From a virus, in IMG/VR virus record IMGVR_UViG_3300026516_000166, positions 3,510 to 67,509 of that record: a DNA stretch of 64,000 nucleotides. One strand, 5' to 3'. Under the pieces are notes generated by a model. It did no database searches, had not been told where the DNA came from, and saw only the letters and a program-made list of their open reading frames with translations. Positions 9,007-18,100 of this stretch are shown here, in pieces; the stretch's first letter is position 1; the number at the start of each line of letters is the position of its first letter. A program made the translations under genes and the position numbers.

Positions 9007-9360
9007 ATGTGGGGCCAGCAACTTCTCCTGGACGTGCGGGGCGGCCGCCTGGACGCGGTGCGCAGCGGCGATGCGATCCTGGCCTGGTGCGCCGACCTGC
9101 TCACCCGCATCGACATGCGCGCCTACGGCGACCCCCTCCTGGCCCACTTCGCCGAGCACGACCCGCAGGCAGCCGGCTTCTCGCTGGTGCAGCTGATCGA
9201 GACCAGCGCGGTGGTCGGGCACTTCGTGGACGCCACGGGCGACATCTACCTGGACATCTTCTCCTGCAAGCCCTTCGACCCGCAGGCCGCCGTCGACTGC
9301 GTGGTCGAGCACTTCCAGCCGCAGCGCATCCGCTCGCAGCAGATCGAGCGGCAGGCATAG
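9007..9360 (+). CDS. speD: second pyruvoyl-dependent SpeD-like decarboxylase (phage type)
   Basis: GFSLVQLIETSAVVGHF...YLDIFSCKPFD. Confidence 0.8.
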   Translation: MWGQQLLLDVRGGRLDAVRSGDAILAWCADLLTRIDMRAYGDPLLAHFAEHDPQAAGFSLVQLIETSAVVGHFVDATGDIYLDIFSCKPFDPQAAVDCVVEHFQPQRIRSQQIERQA

Positions 9361-9368
9361 GTGACACC

Positions 9369-10079
9369 ATGACCACCGACCAGACCCTCCCCCAGGGCAA
9401 GTGGCAGTTCGACAGCGACGTGACCGACGCCTTCGACGACATGCTGGCGCGGTCGATCCCGCAGTACGAGGTGATGCGCAAGGCCTGCTTCGACCTGGCC
9501 TGCGCCTACCGCCAGCCCAAGACCGACATCGTGGACTTGGGGTGCAGCCGGGGCGAGGCGATGGCCGCGCTGATCGACCAGTTCGGCGCGACCAACCGCT
9601 TCGTCGGCGTGGAGGTCAGCCCGCCCATGCTGGCCGCCGCCCGCGCCCGCTTCCAGGGCTACATCGACGTGGGCGTGGTCTCGATCCGCGACCTCGACCT
9701 GCGCACCGACTTCCCCAACGTCTCCGCCAGCGTCACGCTCTGCGTGCTGACGCTCCAGTTCACCCCCATCGAGTACCGCCTGCGCATCATGAGCGACATC
9801 TACCGCCACCTGCTTCCCGGTGGTGCCCTCCTCCTGGTGGAGAAGGTGATCGGCGCGACCGCCGACCTGGACGCGCGCATGGTGGACATCTACTACAAGC
9901 TGAAAGCGCGCAACGGCTACAGCCAGGAGCAGATCGAGCGCAAGCGGCTGAGCCTGGAGGGCGTGCTGGTGCCCGTCACCGCCCGCTGGAACGAGGAGAT
10001 GCTGGCCGTCACCGGCTTCCGCCAGATCGACTGCTTCTGGCGCTGGATGAATTTCGCCGGCTGGATCGCCGTCAAATAG
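9369..10079 (+). CDS. cmoA: CmoA-like carboxy-S-adenosylmethionine synthase
   Basis: WQFDSDVTDAFDDMLARSIPQY, DLGCSRG, TLQF, LVEK, ERKRLSLEGVL, WMNFAGWIA hallmarks of CmoA. Confidence 0.85.
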   Translation: MTTDQTLPQGKWQFDSDVTDAFDDMLARSIPQYEVMRKACFDLACAYRQPKTDIVDLGCSRGEAMAALIDQFGATNRFVGVEVSPPMLAAARARFQGYIDVGVVSIRDLDLRTDFPNVSASVTLCVLTLQFTPIEYRLRIMSDIYRHLLPGGALLLVEKVIGATADLDARMVDIYYKLKARNGYSQEQIERKRLSLEGVLVPVTARWNEEMLAVTGFRQIDCFWRWMNFAGWIAVK

Positions 10080-10200
10080 CCCGACCAAACGCTCCGAGGC
10101 CGACCCTTCGAGGTCGGGGCCTGCCTTCCACGCGGTGGGCGGGGTCTTGCGGGTGGTGTGTAGGAGCGGCTGACGGGCTTGCAGTTATCTTTCTAACGAC

Positions 10201-10692
10201 ATGGACGCACTTTGGGAACGCCTGCCGGGCGAGAGCGACAAAGCTTTCGCCGCCTTCATCGCCTACCGCGACACGCCGGAGCGGGAGCGCAGCATCCGCA
10301 AGGTGTGCGCTGCCGTTGTGGGTGAAAGCACGGCAAAAGTACGGCAGTGGGAGCGCTGGTCGAGCGATTTCCGCTGGCCGGAGCGGGTGCAGGCGTGGCA
10401 GGACGAGCAGGACAGGGTAGCCAGGGAGACGCGGCTGCGCGAGATCGAGGCCATGAACGCCCGCCACGCCAGCGAGGCCCGCGCCCTCCAGCAGAAGGCC
10501 ATCGAGCGCCTCAAGACGCTCCGGCCCGCCGAACTGTCCCCCGGCCTGCTGCTGCGCTACCTGCTCGACGCCGCCCGCCTGGAGCGCAGCGCGATGGGCG
10601 AGCCTGACCAGATCGTCGAGCAGCGCGTCAAGCGGCCCGCCGAGGACATGACGGATGACGAACTCGCCGCCATCGCCACAGGAAGCGGCTAG
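10201..10692 (+). CDS. terminase small subunit (putative)
   Basis: WERLPGESDKAFAAFIAYRD...RS HTH-like N-terminus; ends MTDDELAAIA; overlaps terL. Confidence 0.7.
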   Translation: MDALWERLPGESDKAFAAFIAYRDTPERERSIRKVCAAVVGESTAKVRQWERWSSDFRWPERVQAWQDEQDRVARETRLREIEAMNARHASEARALQQKAIERLKTLRPAELSPGLLLRYLLDAARLERSAMGEPDQIVEQRVKRPAEDMTDDELAAIATGSG

Positions 10693-12115
10693 CGAGCTAC
10701 TGCGACGGCGCGAGGCCCGATCCCGCCTGCTGGACTTCTGCCAGTACGTCCAGCCCACCTACATCAAGGCCCGCCACCTGGCCGTGCTCACCGGCTACCT
10801 GGAGCAGGTGGAGGCGGGCGCGCTCAAGCGCCTGATCATCACCATGCCCCCACGCCACGGCAAGTCCATGACCACCAGCGAGCTTTTCCCCGCCTGGTTC
10901 CTGGCCCGCAACCCGGACAAGCGGGTGATCATCGCCTCCTACGGCTCCGGCCTGGCGCGCAAGTTCAGCCGCTCCAGCCGCAACCTGTGGCAGACCAACC
11001 GCTTCCGCGCCCTCTACCCGCAGCTGCAACTGGCGACCGACAGCAAGGCCACCGACGCCTGGAACGTCCACGGCCACGCGGGCGGCCTGCTGTCCGCGGG
11101 CGTGGGCACGGGCATTACCGGCCACGGCGCTGACTTGCTGATCATCGATGACCCGATCAAGGACGACGCCGAGGCCTCCAGCGAGCTTGTGCGCGAGAAC
11201 CTGTGGGACTGGTACACCACCACCGCCTACACCCGCCTGCACCCCGGCGGCTCGGTGCTGGTCATCGCCACCCGCTGGCACGAGGACGACCTGATCGGCA
11301 AGCTGATCGCACAAACCGGCGAGGACGCGGAGGCCTGGACGATCCTGCACTTCCCGGCCGTCTGGGAGGACGGCATCGCCCGCTTCCGCGACGACTGGCG
11401 CAAGCTGGGCCACGCGGTGGTGGACACGCCGGGGATGCGGGAGGGGGACGCCCTCTGGCCGGAGCGCTACCCGCTGGAGCGCATGAAGGGCATCCGCGCC
11501 ACGGTGGGGTCGCTGACCTGGTACTGCCTGTTCCAGGGCACGCCCATCGCGCCCGAAGGCACGCTGTTCAAGCGCGGCTGGTTCAAGCTGGCCGACGCCT
11601 CCCCCCGCGAGGGCTTCCGCGTGCGCTATTGGGACAAGGCGGGCACGGCGGGCGGCGGGGCCTACACCGCGGGCGTGCTGATGCTGCGGGCCTACAACGG
11701 GCTGTTCTTCGTCGAGGACGTGGTGCGCGGGCAGTGGAGCGAGTTCGAGCGCGAGAGCACCATCCGCCAGACCGCCGAGCTTGACCGCGACCGCTACGGC
11801 GCGGTGGACGTGTGGGTCGAGCAGGAGCCGGGGTCGGGCGGGCTGGACAGCGTCAAGGCCACCATCCGCAACCTGGCCGGCTTCAACGTCAAGGCCGACC
11901 GCCCCAGCGGCGACAAGACCCTGCGCGCCAAGCCCTTCGCCGCGCAAGGAGAGGCCGGCAACGTGCTGCTGGTGCGCGCCCCCTGGAACGCAAGCTACCT
12001 GGACGAGCTCGCCGCCTTCCCCAACGGCAAGTACAAGGACCAGGTCGATGCAAGCTCCGGCGCGCTGAGCAAGCTGGCGAATGTGTCAAGGGCCAGCATG
12101 AGCAAGGCGTTATGA
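10655..12115 (+). CDS. terL: terminase large subunit
   Basis: MPPRHGKS Walker A, IIDDPIKD Walker B, TRWHEDDL, nuclease WDKA...FPNGKYKDQVDA. Confidence 0.95.
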   Translation: MTNSPPSPQEAASELLRRREARSRLLDFCQYVQPTYIKARHLAVLTGYLEQVEAGALKRLIITMPPRHGKSMTTSELFPAWFLARNPDKRVIIASYGSGLARKFSRSSRNLWQTNRFRALYPQLQLATDSKATDAWNVHGHAGGLLSAGVGTGITGHGADLLIIDDPIKDDAEASSELVRENLWDWYTTTAYTRLHPGGSVLVIATRWHEDDLIGKLIAQTGEDAEAWTILHFPAVWEDGIARFRDDWRKLGHAVVDTPGMREGDALWPERYPLERMKGIRATVGSLTWYCLFQGTPIAPEGTLFKRGWFKLADASPREGFRVRYWDKAGTAGGGAYTAGVLMLRAYNGLFFVEDVVRGQWSEFERESTIRQTAELDRDRYGAVDVWVEQEPGSGGLDSVKATIRNLAGFNVKADRPSGDKTLRAKPFAAQGEAGNVLLVRAPWNASYLDELAAFPNGKYKDQVDASSGALSKLANVSRASMSKAL

Positions 12116-12122
12116 TTGTAAC
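12109..12122. promoter_or_regulatory. dispersed palindromic site upstream of portal
   Basis: GTTATGATTGTAAC. Confidence 0.6.
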
Positions 12123-12135
12123 CACAAGGTAAGCT

Positions 12136-13566
12136 ATGGCGATCTACTCCAACCGCCCCGTCAACCCCGCCCGCAGCGCCTACCTCAAGCTGCTGGCGAC
12201 CGATCAGGCGTCCCGCGCCGACGAGATCCTTGAGTACCGCGCCTTCTACGACGGCGACCACGGCACGCTGCTCACCGACCGTCTGCAGGAGTTCCTCAAC
12301 GTCTCGTCGGGGACGTCCTTCGCCGTCAACCTGATGGGGCTGGTGGTGGACAGCCTTGTGGAGCGGCTGGCGGTGACCGGCTTCGCGTCGGGCAACGACG
12401 AGATCGACGACCTGCTCTGGCAGTGGTGGCAGGCCAACCGCATGGACGCCACGCAGATGCAGGTCTACACCGCCGCCGCCCGCGACGGCCAGTCCTTCGT
12501 CATTGTGGAGTGGGACGACGAGCAAGCCCGCCCCGCCTTCCACGACAACGAGGCATGGGACGGCGACGAGGGGGTCAAGGTCCACTGGTCCAGCAGGCCG
12601 GGCAGCCGGATGCTGTTCGCCAGCAAGCGCTGGCGCGAGGACTTCGACGAGCAGGGCGAGCTTGTCACCCGCCGCCGCCTCAACCTCTACTTCGCCGACC
12701 GGGTCGAGAAGTACGTGGCAGTGGGGACGGACGAGGGCTATGGCGAGGCGGGCTGGGTCAAGTACGGCTCCCCCTGGCCCACGCCCTGGACGCACCCGCG
12801 CACCGGCCAGCCGCTGGGCGTCCCCGTCATCCCCTTCCTCAACAAGCGCACGGGCCGCTCCGAGCTTGCCGACGCGGTCGGCCCGCAGAAGGCGCTGGAC
12901 AAGACCGTGCTGGACATCCTGGCCGCCGCCGACGTGGAGGGCTTCGGCATCTACACCAAGACGGGCGGCGCGTTTGTGGACAGGCCCTACGTCGCGCCGG
13001 GCGCGTTCTGGCAGGACACCGACCCCGCCGCCGCCTTCGGCAAGATCGAGGCAGGGACGATCGACGCCCTGCTGGAAGCCTACTGGCTGTTCTGCAAGAC
13101 GGTCGCCATCGTCACCCGCCGCCCCCTCTCCCTGTTCGTCGGCTACGCGTCGGGCGAGTCGGGCGAGAGCCTCAAGGAGCGGGAGAGCGGGCTGGTAGCG
13201 CAGGCCAAGTCGGCCACGGTGGGCTTCGGCAACGCCTGGGAGGACGTGATGGCCCTGGCCCTGCGCCTGGACGACGCCTTCGGCGAGGGCGGGCGCACGC
13301 TGGACGACCTGACCCTCTCCACGCAGTGGGCCGAGGTCGAGGTGCGCAACGAGGCCGAGCACAGGGCGACCTTACGCGAGGACTTCAAGGCCGGGCTGAT
13401 CGACAAGGAGCAGGCGTGGAAGGAGTTGGGCATCGATGAGGAAGACCAGCGCGCCATGCTGCGCCGCGAGAAGGCGCGGCAGGCCGAGGCGGTCAAGGAG
13501 GCGCTGCGGATGGAGCGGGAGAACCCCGCCGCCGCCCAGCAGGAGGCAAGGAATGGCGCGCAGTAA
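12136..13566 (+). CDS. portal protein (SPP1 gp6-like)
   Basis: position after terL; FYDGDH, NLMGLVVD..VERL, HPLGVPVIPF-like, SGESL motifs. Confidence 0.85.
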   Translation: MAIYSNRPVNPARSAYLKLLATDQASRADEILEYRAFYDGDHGTLLTDRLQEFLNVSSGTSFAVNLMGLVVDSLVERLAVTGFASGNDEIDDLLWQWWQANRMDATQMQVYTAAARDGQSFVIVEWDDEQARPAFHDNEAWDGDEGVKVHWSSRPGSRMLFASKRWREDFDEQGELVTRRRLNLYFADRVEKYVAVGTDEGYGEAGWVKYGSPWPTPWTHPRTGQPLGVPVIPFLNKRTGRSELADAVGPQKALDKTVLDILAAADVEGFGIYTKTGGAFVDRPYVAPGAFWQDTDPAAAFGKIEAGTIDALLEAYWLFCKTVAIVTRRPLSLFVGYASGESGESLKERESGLVAQAKSATVGFGNAWEDVMALALRLDDAFGEGGRTLDDLTLSTQWAEVEVRNEAEHRATLREDFKAGLIDKEQAWKELGIDEEDQRAMLRREKARQAEAVKEALRMERENPAAAQQEARNGAQ

Positions 13567-13798
13567 CATCTTACGCACCCTGGCCGACCGCAAGCTGATC
13601 GCCCCCGACCTGGCCGAGCAGGCGGAAAGGCTGGGACGGGGCGCAGACCTGGGCGAGCCGCTGCCGCTGGACGACCTGCTGGCGCTGGCCGAGATCGACC
13701 AGGCCGACATCGCGCGGGCGGCTGAGGCGTGGCGGGAGGACGCCAGCCTGCCCGGCCTGCTGGACGCCCGCCCGGTGACGGGGGTGCCGCGGCCATGA
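13553..13798 (+). CDS. hypothetical protein
   Basis: SD AGGAGG, coupled to neighbours. Confidence 0.5.
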   Translation: MARSNILRTLADRKLIAPDLAEQAERLGRGADLGEPLPLDDLLALAEIDQADIARAAEAWREDASLPGLLDARPVTGVPRP

Positions 13799-14142
13799 CC
13801 AAGCTGTTCCTCATCCTGGCGATGGCGAGGATCATCGCGGGCGAGGCCCCCGCCTGCCCACTGGAGGCCAAGGTGGCCGTCGCCAACGTGATGCAGAACC
13901 GGGAACGGGCCGGGATTGCGGGCGGCTGGTACGGCGACCGCGAGCCGGGGGCCGCCGACCTGGCGGTGGCGTGGCTGGCGGCGCACGACCGCCTGCCCCA
14001 GCTTGCCCCCGACGCCCTCTACGCCATCGGCCCCGGCGACAAGGCCAAGATGCCGTGGTTGGCAGGCATGGAGCCGGTGCTGAGCTTTGCCTGCCCCGGC
14101 ACCTGGATCGAGTTGTATGCGGTTATGAAGATAACCCCATGA
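13795..14142 (+). CDS. short SleB/Hydrolase_2-like cell-wall hydrolase
   Basis: MARIIAGEA...AKVAVANVMQNR with the catalytic-type Glu; hydrophobic N-terminus. Confidence 0.55.
   Translation: MTKLFLILAMARIIAGEAPACPLEAKVAVANVMQNRERAGIAGGWYGDREPGAADLAVAWLAAHDRLPQLAPDALYAIGPGDKAKMPWLAGMEPVLSFACPGTWIELYAVMKITP
14122..14135. promoter_or_regulatory. dispersed palindromic site upstream of minor head gene
   Basis: GTTATGAAGATAAC. Confidence 0.6.
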
Positions 14143-14783
14143 GACCCGACCCCTACCGCGTCCAGCTTTACGAGCTTGACCAGTACGTCTACGACCGCCG
14201 CACTGGCCGCTTCCACGGCCCGCTGCCGTCCTATCGCATCGTCGGGCGCGCGACGATCATGGGCCTGATCCAAGAGCGCATCGACGCCCACGCCCAGGAG
14301 ATCGCCCGCCTGACGCAGGCGCTGGTGGATGGCAGGATCGGGCTGGCGGCTTGGGAGCGGGGCATGGCGCAGGAGTTGAAAAGCCTGTACCTGCAACAGA
14401 CGGCGCTGGCGCGGGGCGGGTGGCAGAACATGACCGCCGCCGACAGGCGCCGGGTGACGCTGTTGCTGAAGGAGCAGTACCGCTTCCTGGACGGCTTCGC
14501 CCGCGACATTGCGGCCGGCAATCTGAGCGCAGCGCAAATCCTCTGGCGCGCCGGGCTGTACCCGATGGGCGCGCGCCAGGGCTACTGGAAGGCGCGGGAT
14601 GCCGACGAGAAGCGGCGCGGGCGCAGGCAGGAGCGGCGCATCGCCGTGGGCGATGAAGGCACCTGCTCGCCCTGCACCGACCTGGCAGCCCTTGGCTGGC
14701 GGCCCATCGGCACGCTGCCGGCCCCTGGCGGCCCTCCCTGCGAGGGCCTGAACCTGTGCCGTTGTGAAAAGGAGTATCGCTGA
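14139..14783 (+). CDS. minor head / head morphogenesis protein
   Basis: C-terminal TCSPC...CEGLNLCRC Cys cluster typical of Mu gpF/SPP1 gp7-like proteins. Confidence 0.65.
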   Translation: MRPDPYRVQLYELDQYVYDRRTGRFHGPLPSYRIVGRATIMGLIQERIDAHAQEIARLTQALVDGRIGLAAWERGMAQELKSLYLQQTALARGGWQNMTAADRRRVTLLLKEQYRFLDGFARDIAAGNLSAAQILWRAGLYPMGARQGYWKARDADEKRRGRRQERRIAVGDEGTCSPCTDLAALGWRPIGTLPAPGGPPCEGLNLCRCEKEYR

Positions 14784-14977
14784 TGCCAGTCCCCAACCTG
14801 ACCCCCGACAACTTCGCCCGCTACGTCTTCGCCGAGCTATCCCGCATGCCCATCACGGAGCGGGTGGAAGTCCTGAGCGACGACAGCGCGCGCGTCTCCC
14901 TGAAGAACGGCCAGCAGTTCACCGTGGCGGTGGTGCATGGAAAGCCCAAGACCAGACGACAAGACCCCAGCGACTGA
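14783..14977 (+). CDS. hypothetical protein
   Basis: TGATG coupling to upstream gene. Confidence 0.45.
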   Translation: MPVPNLTPDNFARYVFAELSRMPITERVEVLSDDSARVSLKNGQQFTVAVVHGKPKTRRQDPSD

Positions 14978-15131
14978 GCCGATCATTCTCCGCTGCGCCT
15001 GCTGTGGGCTGCCTTTCGCGCGCCTGGAGGGCGACAAGCTGGTGATCGAGAGCCGGCACAAGGGGGAGGTGCATGTCAACGAGATCAGCGTGGGGGCGCT
15101 AGGGGCGTTGGGAGCAGATCAGACGCAGTGA
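14937..15131 (+). CDS. small Zn-ribbon protein
   Basis: LRCACCG...RHKGEVH. Confidence 0.45.
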   Translation: MESPRPDDKTPATEPIILRCACCGLPFARLEGDKLVIESRHKGEVHVNEISVGALGALGADQTQ

Positions 15132-15198
15132 GTCTCGGCCACTACCCTGAATGAGGGATCGGATAGTGGGTTGCAGGCTGAAATAAGACTGGCATAGC

Positions 15199-18100
15199 TC
15201 ACATCCGCCCATTACGTACATCGTGACTAGGGCTTAAGAACTGTCGGGTACTGCCAACTATTACCACTCGAAACCCAATAGTACGGTTCCCCATATCTGG
15301 GGAATAAGGGTTGCGCAAGTATGCAGGCTGGAAGTCATGGTTCATGTCCGACGAACCGCCCCGTAAGACGCGATCGGCAGTACCTTTCTCCTGAACGTTT
15401 TCCGGGCTATAGTACTCATTTAGGCACCATTCCCACACGTTGCTGATCAGGTCTGCGATACCGTATGGCGAGTCGTTGGGCTCAGTGTGCGGATACATGC
15501 CCACAGGGGTTGTCTTGTCTAAGAAGAGCTCTCCAGCCATAGAGCCGGAAAGATAGATTCCCCTTTCATATTCGCCTGCCCAGGGAAACTGTCGGCCATC
15601 GTGCCCGCGCGCTGCCTTCTCCCACTGCCACTCTGTGGGCAGCGTGATCTTCCAGTCGCGGCCACGGTTCAGTTCAACCGGCAGCAGATTGGGATGTCCC
15701 TTGGCCTTCTCCGTCAGCCAGCGACAGAACGCGACCGCGTCATACCAACTGACGTTCTCACGCGGATGGTTCCAGTGCTTGAACCGTTGCTCGCCTGCAT
15801 CTCTATGGTGCTCAGGTGACGCAGCCAACCCATCCCACCAGTGTGGGATACGGAACCCGTCAGGCGCGTCCAGGAACGCCTGGAACTGGCTGTAGGTGAT
15901 TGGGTAGCGGGCGATCCAGAAATCACGCTCAGTGCGCACCTCGCGGTTACTTTTCCACTCGTCACCGTAGATGAACTCCTCGCGCCCGCTCTTAGGGTCT
16001 TTCGCAGGCACGAACACCCACTCGATGTCAGGAAGGCCATCCGCATACAACCCTACGCCGCGACGCGGGTCACCCACATGGTTGATAGCCACCCCTGCCG
16101 CGTTGCGCTCCAGCACAGACGATTGGGAGGAGGTAATGACGCCGACCAACCTGTCCTGAACCTCTCGGATCGTCGCCATTGAAGGCCGCTCGCCGCCGCT
16201 CTCGGCGATGCACCTCGCGGCCAGCGCAGGGTTGACCGGTAGTAACTGCTCGATCAATGGCGTCATCGTGGGGAGCATCCCTGCCAGCAGAATGAAAGTC
16301 TCCTCCCAGCCGCTAGGTTGCGCCCAGTCTGTTGACGAATGCTTGTTCAGACCATGATCATACTGAAGCCGAAGGGATATCAATAGCAGAAGCTCCAATT
16401 GTGGGTCAAAATCTGGCAACCTGATAAGAAAGGTGAAGGGCTCTGACTGGCCCTTTGACCATGACCAATACTGACGCAAGTCGTCACCCTGCTGAAGTCG
16501 TTCTGCCAGCGCCAGCGCTGCGAAATACTCTTGCACTAATTGATGCACGAAGCGCACCTGCGAATTGGAGATGTCTAGCAAGCTCGCGCTGGCGCACAGG
16601 TAGACCACCTTGTCTCCATCGATCCCTTGCTGTGCCATCTGTTTGGCCGCCCACCCGGCATCAACTGCAGTCCCAAACTCGCCGGCGGTCTGCATGGCGT
16701 AGGCCAAGGAAGTCATCGCCCGACGCAAGGGGTCTGCTCCTGGCCAGATCAAGGGATCGCAGTGTTTCTCCTCGCGCCTCAGCAGGGTATCCACGAAGGC
16801 GGCAAACAACCGCCCACGGTTTTGCGGAAGGACGCCTTTGTTCGCTACGTAGACCTGGGCCAGCATCACCAGCATGAACGGGTTGCGCCCCAAAGCCTGC
16901 AGGGGCGGCGGGCCGTCTTTGCGCATCACGCGCCACATTTCGGCGTCCGCATAATGGAGCGACAACCGAACATCGTGCGGGATGTCAGGCGCTGTCCAAA
17001 ACTGCTTCCATGTTCCGCCTGCCAGTTGCCACTTCTGCCACAGGTCGGCGATCTCCTCCCCACCGCACAACTGCCAGAACAGCTTTTCCCCTGCGAACTT
17101 GTCCCACTTGTCAAGGTAGCGATGCAGGTAGGCGCGCTGCTGCCCTACTTTCAGCGGCTTGACCTCCAGCTTTTCCAGCTTGAGCGTCTCCACGTAGTCC
17201 AACGCGCGGCACGTGACGACCACGGAGACGTCGTGGTACTGGTCGAGCAGCGCCTGAATTCGCTCCACCCGATCCGTGCGGTCGATCTGTGGCATCTGGT
17301 TGAGCGCGTCGAGTAGCAGGATCACGCGCTTGCTGCGCAGATAGGTTGGCAGGTGAGGGCCAAGCTCCTCGAAGTAGCCTTGGGCATAGGCAAGGGCGCT
17401 CTCAGGCCCAGAGTAAGCCTCCAACGGCACCAACAATGGCAAGGGCGCTTGTGGATCCCGGCGGGCGGCGACGGCGAAATCGTAGGCCAGCCGCCAGAGG
17501 GTGGTGGTCTTGCCTGATCCCGGCTCCCCTAGGACTACTAAGCGCATGTACTTGGCAACAGCTTTGCGCAGGTCGTTCACCGGTACCCGCTCTATCCGTG
17601 GTTCCGCGCCAAAGCCATGCTCCACCAGCTTCTCGAAGCCAACGGGTATGAACGGATCCGGTAGGTCCAACTGATGGCTGTCAGCGGCAGCAACCCGCAC
17701 CTCCGCAACCCCAGCCAGTGGCGTGTACTTCTCAGCCCAGTACTTGTACTTCTCGATCACACCATCCAGGTAGGCAAGTTCTCTGGCGCGGGCTTCGGTC
17801 ACGGTCTTCACCAGCACGCGCCAGATACGCCCTTCCGGCGTGCGCATGAACAGGGCAGGCGTCCACCACTCGCTCGTCCCAGCCGCCCAGATCGCCTTGC
17901 GCGCCGCCGTCACCGCCTGATCCACGCCCTGCCCAACTGCAATGGCGTCGTAGAAAGCTCCAGCGAACGCATCGGCTGCCGTGTCGGACACATCCGCCTG
18001 CATGGCGACGACAGACGGGATACCTGCCCGCAGTAACGCGCCGGCCACCGATGCCGCCTGCCCACCACCCGCGCCAGCCCGGCAAGCGTTGATCACGGCC

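Noticed and set aside
9369..10079. cmoA as a tRNA-modification auxiliary gene
   Set aside because: No cmoB or tRNA genes are seen, and the operon context points to DNA modification; not formally excluded.
10098..10123. GACC-(C/T)TTCGA-GGTC hairpin also seen near 33701
   Set aside because: Short UUCG-type stems after stop codons are ordinary stabilising or terminator hairpins.
15199..15480. FGE domain C-terminus as a DGR variable region
   Set aside because: No reverse transcriptase and no template repeat are visible in the window.
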